Below, in pieces: positions 37,731-47,363 of a DNA stretch of 64,000 nucleotides. The position numbers and the translations under genes are program-made. The notes under the pieces are model-generated. The model ran no database searches, was not told where the DNA came from, and was given only the letters and a program-made list of their open reading frames with translations. The DNA comes from an uncultured Clostridia bacterium (GTDB lineage Bacteria; Bacillota; Clostridia; Oscillospirales; Ruminococcaceae), in NCBI GenBank assembly GCA_947630845.1, contig CANRJB010000004.1, positions 40,776 through 104,775 of the forward strand, given 5' to 3'. Each line of letters starts with the position of its first letter. Position 1 is the stretch's first letter.

Positions 37731-39229
37731 TGGCAAGATCTGAGAATGAGCGTTCCTATGATGAGCTGCTACGTATGATGTCTGATGCGACGAAACCCAA
37801 GCACACGGAGAGAAAAAAAGCAGCAGAGCCCGTACATCCGGAGGAGCCGGAAGCTGAACAGCAGGAACGCCATGATGCAGACCCGGAACGCAGACAGCAT
37901 AAGAATGTGCGTGAGCAGGAACGTCCGGAACGGCATACGGGGGCAAGGAAAAAACGTCCGGAGCAACATGCCGCACAGGCACAGAGAAGAGAACGGTATG
38001 TGAACCGCACCGAAGCGGGAGAGCAACATACAGAACTGCCAAGACATCATGAAAGACCGGTCGGCGGCAGAAAAAAGAAAAAGCGCAGAAAGCACAGCAG
38101 TGTCCGTGTTTATGGTGTACTCATTATGCTGACGTTGATTTTTGTGATATCGATCTCACTGTCAGTCGGCATTATTGAAGTCGGCAAGGACATGCTCGGC
38201 ATCAACGGTACAGAAACGCTTGTTGTCTTTAATATCCCGGATGGCGCAACAACAGCAGATATTGCTGAGGATCTGAAAGAAGCCGGCATTATCCGCATTC
38301 CGAAGGCGTTTATCTACTTTACACGTCTGTCCAATGAAGATGCGAACTTCATTCCGGGTGACCATGAGATCAGCAGCTCGATGGCGTATGAGGCGATCAT
38401 CAGCGAACTGACCGGTACGGCGGAGGAAGAAGACAAGGTCTATGTGGATGTCATGTTCCCGGAGGGAATCACGCTCAATGAAGCTGCATACCGGCTTGAA
38501 GAGGCAAATGTCTGCGAATCATCCAGATTCCTCTACTTTTTCAATGCCGGCGGACTGGGTTACAATTTTGAGAATTATCTGCCTTCCAATTCAAGCAAGC
38601 TGAAATTCAACAAGATGGAAGGTTATCTGTTCCCGGATACCTATAATTTCTATGAGGGGATGGATCCGGAGGATGTCTGCCAGAGGATCTATGTCAACTT
38701 TGATTCCAAGATCACACAGGAATACTATGACCGTATGGAGGAGCTTGACATTACACTGGACGAAACGATCACGCTGGCATCCATGATTCAGGCTGAGGCA
38801 GCAAATGAGGACGAGATGAAGGACATATCATCTGTATTCTGGAATCGTCTGAATGACTCCGCTACGTTCCCGAAACTCCAGTCTGATCCGACAAGTAAAT
38901 ATGTGGAGATCACGATCAAGCCCAATATTGATCTTGCGGATGAAGCGATCTTTGATGCGTATGATACATATGTCTGCAATGGTCTGCCGGCAGGTGCGAT
39001 CGGCAATCCGGGACTGGCTGCGATCGAAGCGGCACTGTATCCGAACGATACAAATTATTGCTACTTCTATGCAGACACTGAGAACAGTGTGACCTATTTT
39101 GCTGAAACACTTGAAGAACATAATCAGAATATCGAGATGGTAAAGCAGATACATGCAGGTACCTATGACCCGGATGCACCGCTTGATGAAGGGGAAGGAG
39201 AACCGGAGAACGGGGAGGCTGATGAATGA
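37730..39229 (+). CDS. mltG: endolytic transglycosylase MltG (YceG-like) with a long charged N-terminal extension
   Basis: TM helix at about residue 135 followed by a YceG-like domain (ASMIQAEA...GLPAGAIGNPG). Confidence 0.85.
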   Translation: MARSENERSYDELLRMMSDATKPKHTERKKAAEPVHPEEPEAEQQERHDADPERRQHKNVREQERPERHTGARKKRPEQHAAQAQRRERYVNRTEAGEQHTELPRHHERPVGGRKKKKRRKHSSVRVYGVLIMLTLIFVISISLSVGIIEVGKDMLGINGTETLVVFNIPDGATTADIAEDLKEAGIIRIPKAFIYFTRLSNEDANFIPGDHEISSSMAYEAIISELTGTAEEEDKVYVDVMFPEGITLNEAAYRLEEANVCESSRFLYFFNAGGLGYNFENYLPSNSSKLKFNKMEGYLFPDTYNFYEGMDPEDVCQRIYVNFDSKITQEYYDRMEELDITLDETITLASMIQAEAANEDEMKDISSVFWNRLNDSATFPKLQSDPTSKYVEITIKPNIDLADEAIFDAYDTYVCNGLPAGAIGNPGLAAIEAALYPNDTNYCYFYADTENSVTYFAETLEEHNQNIEMVKQIHAGTYDPDAPLDEGEGEPENGEADE

Positions 39230-40464
39230 TACCGGAGATACTGGCTCCGGCAGGTGACAGAGAGCGTCTGGAGGCAGCACTGGATTATGGTGCAGATGCG
39301 GTTTATCTGGGCGGTATGCAATTCGGGATGCGTGCAGGTGCGCCGAATTTTGATGCAGAGGGCATGTGTGAGGCGGTGCAGATGGCGCATGCGAGGGGTG
39401 TAAAGGTCTACCTGACCGTCAACACCCTTCCCCGGAATGAAGAACTGCTGCTGCTGCCGGGCTTTTTGTCGGAAGCGGTCAATGCCGGCGTGGATGCCAT
39501 GATCGTTGCCGATCTGGGCGTTTTTCAGACTGTGCGCAGACTGTCACCGCAGATTCCTGTCCACATGTCCACGCAGACCGGCATAGTTAATTATGCGACC
39601 GCCAATGTCCTCTATGAGATGGGGGCAAGGCGTGTGGTGCTGGCACGGGAGTTAAGTCTTGATGAGATCGCAGAGATCAGGCGGCATGTGCCGGAAGATT
39701 TAGAGCTGGAAGTTTTTGTACACGGGGCGATGTGCGTGTCGTTTTCAGGAAGATGTCTGCTGTCGGCATACTTTACAGACAGAGATGCCAACCGAGGTGC
39801 ATGCGCACAGCCATGCCGCTGGAAATACAGCCTTGTGGAGGAGAAGCGCCCACATCTGCCCATGCCCATCGAGGAAACGCAGGAGGGGACATACATCCTG
39901 AATGCAAGAGATATGTGTATGATCGATCACATTGACAAGCTTGTGCAGGCTGGCGTGACTTCATTTAAGATCGAGGGACGTGCAAAATCGGCGTATTATG
40001 TATCTGTAGTGACGAATGCTTACCGTATGGCAATGGACTATTACCTTGCCCATCCGGACGATTACAAGCTGCCGGGCTGGATTCATGACGAGGTGTTCAA
40101 GGTCAGTCACCGGCGGTATTGCACGGGATTCTTTTTCGGACATCCGAATGCCTGTCAGTACTATGAAAATTCGGGTTATATCACAAGCTGTGAGGTTGTC
40201 GGTATTGTGGAGGAATGCCGGGACGGGATGGTGTATGCCACACAGCGGAATCGTTTCTTTGCCGGAGATACGGTAGAGATCCTTGCGCCGGGCAGACAGC
40301 CTGTCACCGTCCGGCTCAATGAGATCTATAACGGAGACGGAGAGCAGATCACAACTGCCAACCATGCTATGATGGCATTTTCTTTCCCTTGTGCGGAGAC
40401 ATTTCCGCCACACTCGCTGATACGCAGGGAATGTGGGGCAGAGGAAAGCAAGGAGATCAGATAG
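39226..40464 (+). CDS. peptidase U32 family protein
   Basis: 412 aa, ILAPAGDRERLEAALDYGADAVYLG..., cysteine-rich GRCLLS...CAQPCRW. Confidence 0.85.
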   Translation: MIPEILAPAGDRERLEAALDYGADAVYLGGMQFGMRAGAPNFDAEGMCEAVQMAHARGVKVYLTVNTLPRNEELLLLPGFLSEAVNAGVDAMIVADLGVFQTVRRLSPQIPVHMSTQTGIVNYATANVLYEMGARRVVLARELSLDEIAEIRRHVPEDLELEVFVHGAMCVSFSGRCLLSAYFTDRDANRGACAQPCRWKYSLVEEKRPHLPMPIEETQEGTYILNARDMCMIDHIDKLVQAGVTSFKIEGRAKSAYYVSVVTNAYRMAMDYYLAHPDDYKLPGWIHDEVFKVSHRRYCTGFFFGHPNACQYYENSGYITSCEVVGIVEECRDGMVYATQRNRFFAGDTVEILAPGRQPVTVRLNEIYNGDGEQITTANHAMMAFSFPCAETFPPHSLIRRECGAEESKEIR

Positions 40465-40495
40465 GGGCAAACTGCAATGCCCTTTTACTGATTTT
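40463..40495 (+). terminator. terminator after the U32 peptidase gene
   Basis: AGGGGCA/TGCCCTT stem, then a T-rich tail. Confidence 0.6.
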
Positions 40496-40729
40496 CTGTG
40501 TCACAGGCAGTATGGGAAATTGCATACCATGGAAATGGTGATGAGGGAATTTGAAATTATGAATGTTTATGATATTGTTATATAAACACTCTGATTTCAT
40601 AGTTTGTTCATAACATTGTAGCGAAACAATTGAGATTTACAAATGATCTGTGATTTGACTATACAAAAAGTTTGCTTTGCATATTATTATATATTGAATT
40701 GCTGTCCGAAATCGAGTAAAATAAAACCA

Positions 40730-40972
40730 TCAGCTAAGACAAAGATGTGGGATTTTCGGTTCCCCCTCTCATTACCGAAAGACAGCCTGCTTCTTTTCTG
40801 TGCTGTTGAAAAGTGAGTGTCATTAACGATAGCGCTTGGGATTTTCCCGGTTAATGGCTGTGCCTTTTCAAATGATGGCAGCTTGCAGTGCAGATGGACG
40901 GCAGTCCAAGGTTTGAGTTGCCTTTTACCTTCCTCTTTCAGAAAACATCCGGCAGAAGTCGGGTGTTTTTTT
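40730..40972 (+). ncRNA. candidate small RNA (promoter-to-terminator unit, no credible ORF)
   Basis: TTGAAT, 17-nt spacer, TAAAAT (40694-40722) upstream. Hairpin 40754-40780 with loop UCCCCCUCUCAUU, a second CU-rich tract at 40921-40940, and terminator ACATCCG/CGGGTGT plus T6 (40945-40972). Confidence 0.3.
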
Positions 40973-40992
40973 ATGAAAAAATGACAGAATGC

Positions 40993-41021
40993 TTGACAAT
41001 CCGTTTGTTTTGTAGTATAAT
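40993..41021 (+). promoter_or_regulatory. consensus sigma-70 promoter for the HD-domain gene
   Basis: TTGACA, 17-nt spacer, TATAAT. Confidence 0.65.
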
Positions 41022-41165
41022 AAAATCAAGCATTGCTGTCCTGCTGACTTTGTCTGCGGTGACCGGCGCAGTCGGTCTATCGTGTGCAGCAGGCGTTTTC
41101 CGTCTCCTGACCTGAATGAGAGGATGGGAGCCGGGATCAGATTTTGTCTGAAGGGAGGAACCTGA

Positions 41166-41729
41166 TTGACACATCATATCCTGCTGCATCGTCGTGCAGA
41201 GGCTTTCTGGCATGTCAAAGCGGACGAGCGTCTGACAGATAAGGTGCTGATGTATGGCGAAGAAATACTGCGTTCACAGAAGATGCAGTCTGAACGCCGT
41301 TTTATGCAGCATGGCATCACAGACTGTTTTACCCATTCGATCTGTGTCGCTTATATGGCACTGCGTGTGGCAGAGGTGCTGCGTGTCCATGTGGATGAAA
41401 GGAGTCTGGTGCGAGGCTGTCTGCTGCATGATTATTTTCTGTATGACTGGCACGACAAGGAAAAAGCTTGTCGGTTTCATACATTTTGTCATCCGCTTGT
41501 ATCACTGCGGAATGCATCTGCGGATTTTGAACTGAATGCCATCGAGCGTGACATCATCCGCAAGCATATGTTTCCCCTGTGCTTTCCACCGCCGAAGTAC
41601 CGGGAGAGTTTTATCATCACGATTGCGGACAAGTGTTGTGCGGCAAGTGAGATCTGGCATCTGTATTCGCTCCGGTACATTATTGAGGCATTGGAGCGAG
41701 GAATGCAGGCGAAGGGCTATTTTGGGTAA
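41166..41729 (+). CDS. HD domain-containing phosphohydrolase
   Basis: TTG start with GGGAGG SD 7 nt upstream. H...HD (CLLHDYFLYDWHD) metal-binding motif. Confidence 0.75.
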   Translation: MTHHILLHRRAEAFWHVKADERLTDKVLMYGEEILRSQKMQSERRFMQHGITDCFTHSICVAYMALRVAEVLRVHVDERSLVRGCLLHDYFLYDWHDKEKACRFHTFCHPLVSLRNASADFELNAIERDIIRKHMFPLCFPPPKYRESFIITIADKCCAASEIWHLYSLRYIIEALERGMQAKGYFG

Positions 41730-41731
41730 TA

Positions 41732-41759
41732 AGAACGTTCCGGAAGGGACGTTCTTTTT
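41732..41759 (+). terminator. terminator after the HD gene
   Basis: AGAACGTTCC-GGAA-GGGACGTTCT stem, then TTTT. Confidence 0.8.
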
Positions 41760-41841
41760 CTGCAAATCTGCACAATTGACGATGCGTTTTTACATCAGAA
41801 TTATGCAGCTTTATTAAAATGATTCCTATTTCTGAAAATGC

Positions 41842-41870
41842 TTGACAAAAAGTGAATTATATGGTAAAAT
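41842..41870 (+). promoter_or_regulatory. promoter for the 41929 gene
   Basis: TTGACA, 17-nt spacer, TAAAAT. Confidence 0.55.
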
Positions 41871-41928
41871 AAAATAGTAGTGATAAGTCATGGCAAAATT
41901 GCCGCAATGGAAAAGAGAGGTCGTAGCA

Positions 41929-42714
41929 ATGGATGAAATGAATCAAAACCAGTCTCCTTATGATAGAGACTTTGCGGAACCCTATACGTCACAGGATAAT
42001 ACAACTTTTGACCCCAATTATCCGGAATCGTCAGAACCGTCATCGTATTCCTATGATGCAGGTTATGCAGCTCCGGCAGATGGGAAGAAGCCAGCCGGTT
42101 TCGGCATCGCAGCACTGATTTTCGGCATTTTGTCGATTCTGTTGATTTGCATTCCGATCGTCCCGATCATTACAGCAATTATCAGTATCATCCTCGGTGC
42201 AGTTGGTATGAAGAAAGCATCAGAAGGTACAGCTGGTGGAAAGGGCATGGCAATCGCCGGTCTGATCATGGGTATTCTTTGCGAGATCGGTGGTCTGGTT
42301 TCTGCACTGCTTGGCGGTGCGATCCTTATTCCATCTATGATGGGCTATACCAAAAAATCCATGCAGTCTTCTATCAATAGCACAGCAAAAACGATATATG
42401 ACTCAGCATCTACAGTATTGGTAGAAATGGATTCTGAAGGTATAACACTTCCGGATTATGCCGTCGTCTGCTCGGATTCCAATGCAGAGTATGGAACAAC
42501 CTCTTTTGATGCGGATAACTTTAAGGAACGTATGCAGCTATATTTTAGTGATTTGCCTAATTATGAGTATTATATTGTCATCACTGATGGCTATGTAGAG
42601 GAAGCCGGTTGCTGTGAACAGGGGAAGGATAATGTTGTCGGACGTTATCCGGATCTGATCACGACCGACAATGATGAGAGCTTTTATGATATTTATTCTG
42701 ACGCATTGTATTAA
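41929..42714 (+). CDS. membrane protein (DUF4190-like TM region plus extracytoplasmic domain)
   Basis: Start probably ATG 41929 (AGAGAGG SD). The promoter leaves only about 13 nt before the ORF-track start at 41890. Pro/Tyr/Ser-rich N-terminus and two or three TM helices. Confidence 0.6.
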   Translation: MDEMNQNQSPYDRDFAEPYTSQDNTTFDPNYPESSEPSSYSYDAGYAAPADGKKPAGFGIAALIFGILSILLICIPIVPIITAIISIILGAVGMKKASEGTAGGKGMAIAGLIMGILCEIGGLVSALLGGAILIPSMMGYTKKSMQSSINSTAKTIYDSASTVLVEMDSEGITLPDYAVVCSDSNAEYGTTSFDADNFKERMQLYFSDLPNYEYYIVITDGYVEEAGCCEQGKDNVVGRYPDLITTDNDESFYDIYSDALY

Positions 42715-42840
42715 GACTGATTTTCTGTCATCCTGATTGCAATAGGGTGATCGGAAAACGCCTGTTTCACAGGTTACGATTATCTGCGTCATTTACGGTG
42801 ATGCAGAGAATTAGTATAAATATAGGAGCAGAATAATTTT

Positions 42841-42868
42841 CACCCCACAGACATTTGTCTGTGGGGTG
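42841..42868. terminator. strong hairpin terminator
   Basis: Perfect 12-bp stem CACCCCACAGAC/GTCTGTGGGGTG, loop ATTT. Confidence 0.6.
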
Positions 42869-42964
42869 ATTGTTATTGCAAGTAAACTGTATTCATGAAA
42901 CAATACCTTGTATATTTTCCCCATAAACGGACATGCTAACAAAAACGGAACGGGAGCTGATAGC

Positions 42965-43642
42965 ATGACGATCATTCTCATACGAACCTTACTGTTATAC
43001 ATGGTAGTTATCTTTTCTGTCCGGCTGATGGGCAAGCGGCAGCTTGGACAATTGCAGCCTGCGGAGCTGGTCATCACCATTCTGGTGTCCAATATTGCAA
43101 CATTATCCTTAGAGGATCTCGACATTCCGTTGCTGCAAGGTGTTCTGCCAATTTTTGCACTGGTGTGCTTTGAGGTATTGGTGTCATGGATATCACTGAA
43201 ATGTGTCAAGGTGCGCCGCCTGATTTCGGGCAGTCCCAAAATCATTATCCGGGACGGGAAGATTGATCAGGAAATGATGCATTCGCTGCGTTTTTCCATT
43301 GACGACCTCATGACGACACTGCGGACAGGGGGTGTGTTTGCGGTGGAGGATGTGCAGTTTGCCATAGTGGAGACGAACGGCACCGTCTCCGTCTACCAGA
43401 AATCCACGCAGCAGCCGGCAACTAAGGAGGATGTTCATGCCGTCAAGGCATCTGTTGATCCGCCCCAGACCATCATTGCCGACGGACAGCTCCGGGAGAA
43501 GGCACTTGAAGCCATCGGACAGGACAAAAAGTGGCTTGATATGATACTGCGCACATCCGGCATGAAGCGGAAAGAAGTATTTCTCATGACCGCAGACAAG
43601 GCATGCCGTTATCATATCATCCGGAAGGAGGGCAGTGTATGA
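42965..43642 (+). CDS. DUF421 (YetF-like) membrane protein
   Basis: Start moved to ATG 42965. Pattern RLMGKRQLGQLQPAELVITILV plus a C-terminal soluble domain. Confidence 0.8.
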   Translation: MTIILIRTLLLYMVVIFSVRLMGKRQLGQLQPAELVITILVSNIATLSLEDLDIPLLQGVLPIFALVCFEVLVSWISLKCVKVRRLISGSPKIIIRDGKIDQEMMHSLRFSIDDLMTTLRTGGVFAVEDVQFAIVETNGTVSVYQKSTQQPATKEDVHAVKASVDPPQTIIADGQLREKALEAIGQDKKWLDMILRTSGMKRKEVFLMTADKACRYHIIRKEGSV

Positions 43643-44016
43643 AAAGATGTTGGATCTGCATAGGACTATTGACAGGACTGCTCGGCATGTGTATCGGTTC
43701 ATTGCTTTGCCTCCGTGCGCAGTGCCGACAATATGCCAGCCTGACGGAAGAAGTAATTGCCAATGTGCAGGACGGCGACACGGATGCAGCCCTTTCAGCA
43801 TTTGACACTTTGGAGCAGAACTGGGACAAATTCCATGACATCTGCGGACTGTTTGTCAACGGGGAAGAGTTGAATCCCATCCGTGAGGTATTGACGGAGC
43901 TGCGTCCTCTCATCGCACAGGAACATCCGGAAGCAGCATCCTGTCTCGAAAAGCTGCGTCAGTTGGTTGAGGGCATCTATGAGGAACAACTTCCGGTGTT
44001 CTGGCATATTTTGTAG
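43639..44016 (+). CDS. DUF4363-like small membrane protein
   Basis: ATGA overlap with the DUF421 gene. N-terminal TM helix. From recall, DUF421 and DUF4363 genes often occur as a pair. Confidence 0.65.
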   Translation: MKRCWICIGLLTGLLGMCIGSLLCLRAQCRQYASLTEEVIANVQDGDTDAALSAFDTLEQNWDKFHDICGLFVNGEELNPIREVLTELRPLIAQEHPEAASCLEKLRQLVEGIYEEQLPVFWHIL

Positions 44017-44048
44017 CAGCATCCATGCACTGTCTGCACAGAAAAAAT

Positions 44049-44084
44049 TCCCTGACAATCTGAAGTTGATCAGATTGTCAGGGA
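44049..44084 (-). terminator. clpB terminator, also palindromic element copy 2
   Basis: Perfect 14-bp stem TCCCTGACAATCTG/CAGATTGTCAGGGA, followed on the minus strand by ATTTTTTC. Confidence 0.8.
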
Positions 44085-44092
44085 TTCGTGTA

Positions 44093-46693
44093 TCAGGATT
44101 CCGAAAGCATAAATTCGCCGTTCTGATAGTCCATATGCAGCACCGTACCGGGTGCAGGGTCATTGGCAATGATATGCTTTGCAATGCTGGTCTCAAGGGT
44201 ATGCTGCATATAGCGACGCAGCGGTCTTGCACCAAAGCTTGGGTCATAGCTTTTATCTACGATCGCCTGCTTTGCGGCATCTGTAACTTCGATTTTCAAT
44301 TGCTTGTCATGCAGACGTTTGCGCAGGTCGTTCAGCAGCAGGTCAACGATGCGGTAAATTTCCTCACGCTGTAAAGGCTTGTAGAACACGATCTCATCAA
44401 GCCGGTTCAGAAATTCCGGACGGAATTGCTGATGCAGCAGAGCAGTGACCTGTTCCTTTGCAGCATTGGAGATCTCGCCGTTCTCCTGCATTCCCTCAAG
44501 CAGATATGGTGAGCCTAAATTGGAGGTCAGGATGAGGATGGTATTCTTGAAATCCACTGTTCTTCCCTGTGAATCAGTAATTCTGCCATCATCGAGAACT
44601 TGCAGCAGGAGATTGAACACATCCGGATGTGCTTTTTCCACCTCATCGAGCAGCACAACAGAGTAGGGCTTGCGGCGGACGGCTTCGGTCAACTGACCGC
44701 CTTCTTCATAGCCCACATATCCGGGAGGCGCACCGATGAGACGACTGACACTGAATTTCTCCATATATTCACTCATGTCAATGCGCACCATGCTGTCCTC
44801 ATCATCAAAGAGAGCCTGTGCCAGAGCTTTGGCAAGCTCCGTCTTGCCGACACCTGTCGGACCTAAGAACAGAAACGACCCGATCGGTCTGCCCGGAGCC
44901 TGAATACCTGCACGGGAGCGCAGGATGGCTTCGCTGACCTTCTGAACGGCTTCATTCTGTCCGATGACACGTTCATGCAGGATGTCCTCTAACCGCAGCA
45001 ATTTATCCCGTTCACCTTCCATCAGCTTGGAAACCGGAATGCCTGTCCAGCGGCAGATGATCTTGGCGATCTCCTCAGCAGTGACCTCACTCCGCAGCAG
45101 ACCGGGCTGCTTGTTTTTGGGGTCAGCGGATTCCTCGGCAGCAAGCTGTTTCTGCAATTCGGGCAGCTTGCCGTATTTCAGCTCAGCCGCTTTATTCAGG
45201 TCATACTCCCGTTCCGCACGTTCCATCTCTGCATTGACCTGTTCGATCTCCTCACGCAGTTTCTGTACTTTGGAGATGCCGGAGCGTTCATTTTCCCAGC
45301 GTGCCTTCATTTCGGCAAATTTCTCCCTTAGTTCGGACAGCTCCTTCTGGATCTCATGCAGATGTTCCTGTGAGATCTGATCGGTTTCTTTTTTCAGGGC
45401 AGTTTCTTCAATTTCAAGGCGTATCATCTGCCGGGAGATGTCGTCAAGCTCCTGCGGCATGGAATCCATTTCCGTCCGGATGACAGCACAAGCCTCGTCC
45501 ACAAGGTCAATTGCCTTGTCCGGCAGGAATCTGTCCGAAATATATCTGTCCGAAAGCGTTGCAGCAGCTAACAGTGCGCCGTCGTGAATCTTTACACCGT
45601 GAAAGACCTCATACCGTTCCTTCAACCCACGCAGGATGGAAACGGTATCTTCCACCGTCGGTTCGCCGACCATGACCGGTTGGAAACGGCGTTCCAGTGC
45701 CTGATCTTTCTCAATATACTGCCGGTATTCGTTCAATGTGGTCGCACCGATGCAGTGCAGCTCACCTCTTGCCAGCATGGGCTTGAGCAGGTTGCCGGCA
45801 TCCATCGCACCATCTGTTTTGCCTGCGCCAACGATGGTATGCAGTTCATCAATGAACAGGATGATACCGCCCTCACTTTTCTTGATCTCTGCAAGGACTG
45901 CTTTCAGCCGTTCTTCAAATTCACCTCTGTACTTTGCACCTGCGATCAGCGCCCCTAAATCCAGTGAAAAGATCACCCTATTTTTCAGATTATCCGGCAC
46001 ATCTCCCCGAACGATACGCTGTGCAAGTCCTTCTGCAATTGCCGTCTTGCCGACGCCCGGCTCACCGATGAGTACAGGGTTATTTTTTGTCTTTCTGGAC
46101 AGAATGCGGATCACATTCCGTATCTCGCTGTCACGTCCGATGACAGGATCGAGCTTGTTCTGCCGTGCAAGGTCGGTGAGATCCTGCCCGTATTTGGTGA
46201 GAACGTCATAGGTGTCCTCCGGCGTTTCACTGGTTACCCGTGTGTTACCCCGCACCTGCATGAGGACTTGCAGGAATCTGTCTTTTCCGATGTTGAACTG
46301 GTGCAGGATCTTTTTTAGCTCAGCATCCGGATGCTCCAGCAATGCCAGAGTGATATGTTCAACAGAGACATATTCATCTTTCATCTTTGCTGCAAGCTGT
46401 TCCGCTGCCGTCAGCGCACTGTCCACATCCCTTGAAACATAGATCGTTCCTGCCTGTCTGCCCGAACCAGTCACTGCCGGCATGCCGTCAATGACATTCT
46501 GCAAGCTCTGCTGCAATGCTGTCACATCAACATTCAGCTTCTGCATGAGCTGACCGATCAGCCCGTTCTCCTGCTGTACAAGTGCCAGAAACAGATGTGG
46601 CTGCTCGATCTGCATATTCTGTGCAGAAAGGGCGATCTGCTGTGCTGCCTGAACAGCCTCCATGGACTTCTGTGTGAATTTCTGTGCATTCAT
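44093..46693 (-). CDS. clpB: ATP-dependent chaperone ClpB
   Basis: 866 aa, two AAA+ modules ([18 protein letters not shown]), middle coiled-coil domain. Confidence 0.97.
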   Translation of the reverse strand: MNAQKFTQKSMEAVQAAQQIALSAQNMQIEQPHLFLALVQQENGLIGQLMQKLNVDVTALQQSLQNVIDGMPAVTGSGRQAGTIYVSRDVDSALTAAEQLAAKMKDEYVSVEHITLALLEHPDAELKKILHQFNIGKDRFLQVLMQVRGNTRVTSETPEDTYDVLTKYGQDLTDLARQNKLDPVIGRDSEIRNVIRILSRKTKNNPVLIGEPGVGKTAIAEGLAQRIVRGDVPDNLKNRVIFSLDLGALIAGAKYRGEFEERLKAVLAEIKKSEGGIILFIDELHTIVGAGKTDGAMDAGNLLKPMLARGELHCIGATTLNEYRQYIEKDQALERRFQPVMVGEPTVEDTVSILRGLKERYEVFHGVKIHDGALLAAATLSDRYISDRFLPDKAIDLVDEACAVIRTEMDSMPQELDDISRQMIRLEIEETALKKETDQISQEHLHEIQKELSELREKFAEMKARWENERSGISKVQKLREEIEQVNAEMERAEREYDLNKAAELKYGKLPELQKQLAAEESADPKNKQPGLLRSEVTAEEIAKIICRWTGIPVSKLMEGERDKLLRLEDILHERVIGQNEAVQKVSEAILRSRAGIQAPGRPIGSFLFLGPTGVGKTELAKALAQALFDDEDSMVRIDMSEYMEKFSVSRLIGAPPGYVGYEEGGQLTEAVRRKPYSVVLLDEVEKAHPDVFNLLLQVLDDGRITDSQGRTVDFKNTILILTSNLGSPYLLEGMQENGEISNAAKEQVTALLHQQFRPEFLNRLDEIVFYKPLQREEIYRIVDLLLNDLRKRLHDKQLKIEVTDAAKQAIVDKSYDPSFGARPLRRYMQHTLETSIAKHIIANDPAPGTVLHMDYQNGEFMLSES

Positions 46694-46710
46694 CTGACAT
46701 CCTCCTTACT

Positions 46711-47352
46711 TTATATGGTTTGTTTGATGGTCTGCATTTCCTTGCGGAAGGCATCATCGAGCTGCTTTGCTGTACTCTGCGGTTCGGAGATGCCTGCAAA
46801 CCATGCTTTCAGATAGAAATCAAACCGCTGGATATAGCTGCCGATCAGCTCACCCAGCTCCGTCTCCTTCACGCCGGGATTGCGGATGGAGCGTTCGAGT
46901 CTGCCCGGTGCCATGCGGTAGACGATACCTTTTGCTGCCGGGACATGCCGTTCTTCCAGTTTGATCCAGAGACGGAAAAACTGCTCCAGAATGGTGATCA
47001 GAGCTGCATTCTGTGTACGGAGCTGCACTTTGATACAACCGTCTGCTCCGTCTGCCTGCATGCGGTAAAGCTCCACGGCGTACTGGACTGTCGGCTTATA
47101 TTTATAGTTGAGCCGGCTTTGCAGTGCCCGGATATGCGCCGAAGTCTGTTCGAGCATGCGAAACTGTTCTGCCAATTCTTCCATGCCGGAGAACACTGCC
47201 TGCATACGCATTTCGGGGGTGATGCAGGAGAGATGCTCGGCAAGGATCTGGTTGATGAGATTGGAGCGGCTGGTATGCAGCTCATAAGCCATTCTGTCAG
47301 CCGCTGCCACCACCTCATCGGCAAGCACCAGACTGTAGATACTTTTTTTCAT
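46711..47352 (-). CDS. hypothetical protein with an N-terminal ribbon-helix-helix-like domain, co-transcribed with clpB
   Basis: 213 aa. N-terminus KSIYSLVLADEVVAAADRMAYELHTSRSNLINQILAEHL fits a strand-helix-helix pattern. 17-nt gap to clpB. Confidence 0.6.
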   Translation of the reverse strand: MKKSIYSLVLADEVVAAADRMAYELHTSRSNLINQILAEHLSCITPEMRMQAVFSGMEELAEQFRMLEQTSAHIRALQSRLNYKYKPTVQYAVELYRMQADGADGCIKVQLRTQNAALITILEQFFRLWIKLEERHVPAAKGIVYRMAPGRLERSIRNPGVKETELGELIGSYIQRFDFYLKAWFAGISEPQSTAKQLDDAFRKEMQTIKQTI

Positions 47353-47363
47353 GTTTCCTCCAA

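Noticed and set aside
40550-40740. AT-rich islands (also 55790-55960), considered as a possible CRISPR leader/array, mobile-element remnant or replication-related site.
   Set aside because: There are no direct repeats with regular spacing, no terminal inverted repeats, no integrase, transposase or cas genes, and no DnaA-box clusters that I could see. They behave like ordinary promoter-rich intergenic DNA.
41031-41060. A possible fourth copy of the 67-nt motif in the HD-gene leader (GCTGTCCTGCTGACTTTGTCTGCGG compared with GCTTTCAGCAG…CTTTGTCTATCGG).
   Set aside because: Only the CTTTGTCT octamer and a loose GCTG…CTG match. The CCTTAAC, CCGAT and GAAAAGGA..CGGTAT blocks are absent, so the match is most likely chance.
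40888-41115. 75-aa plus-strand ORF in the non-coding gap before the HD gene.
   Set aside because: It reads through an intrinsic terminator (40945-40972) and a consensus promoter (40993-41021), and it has no SD.
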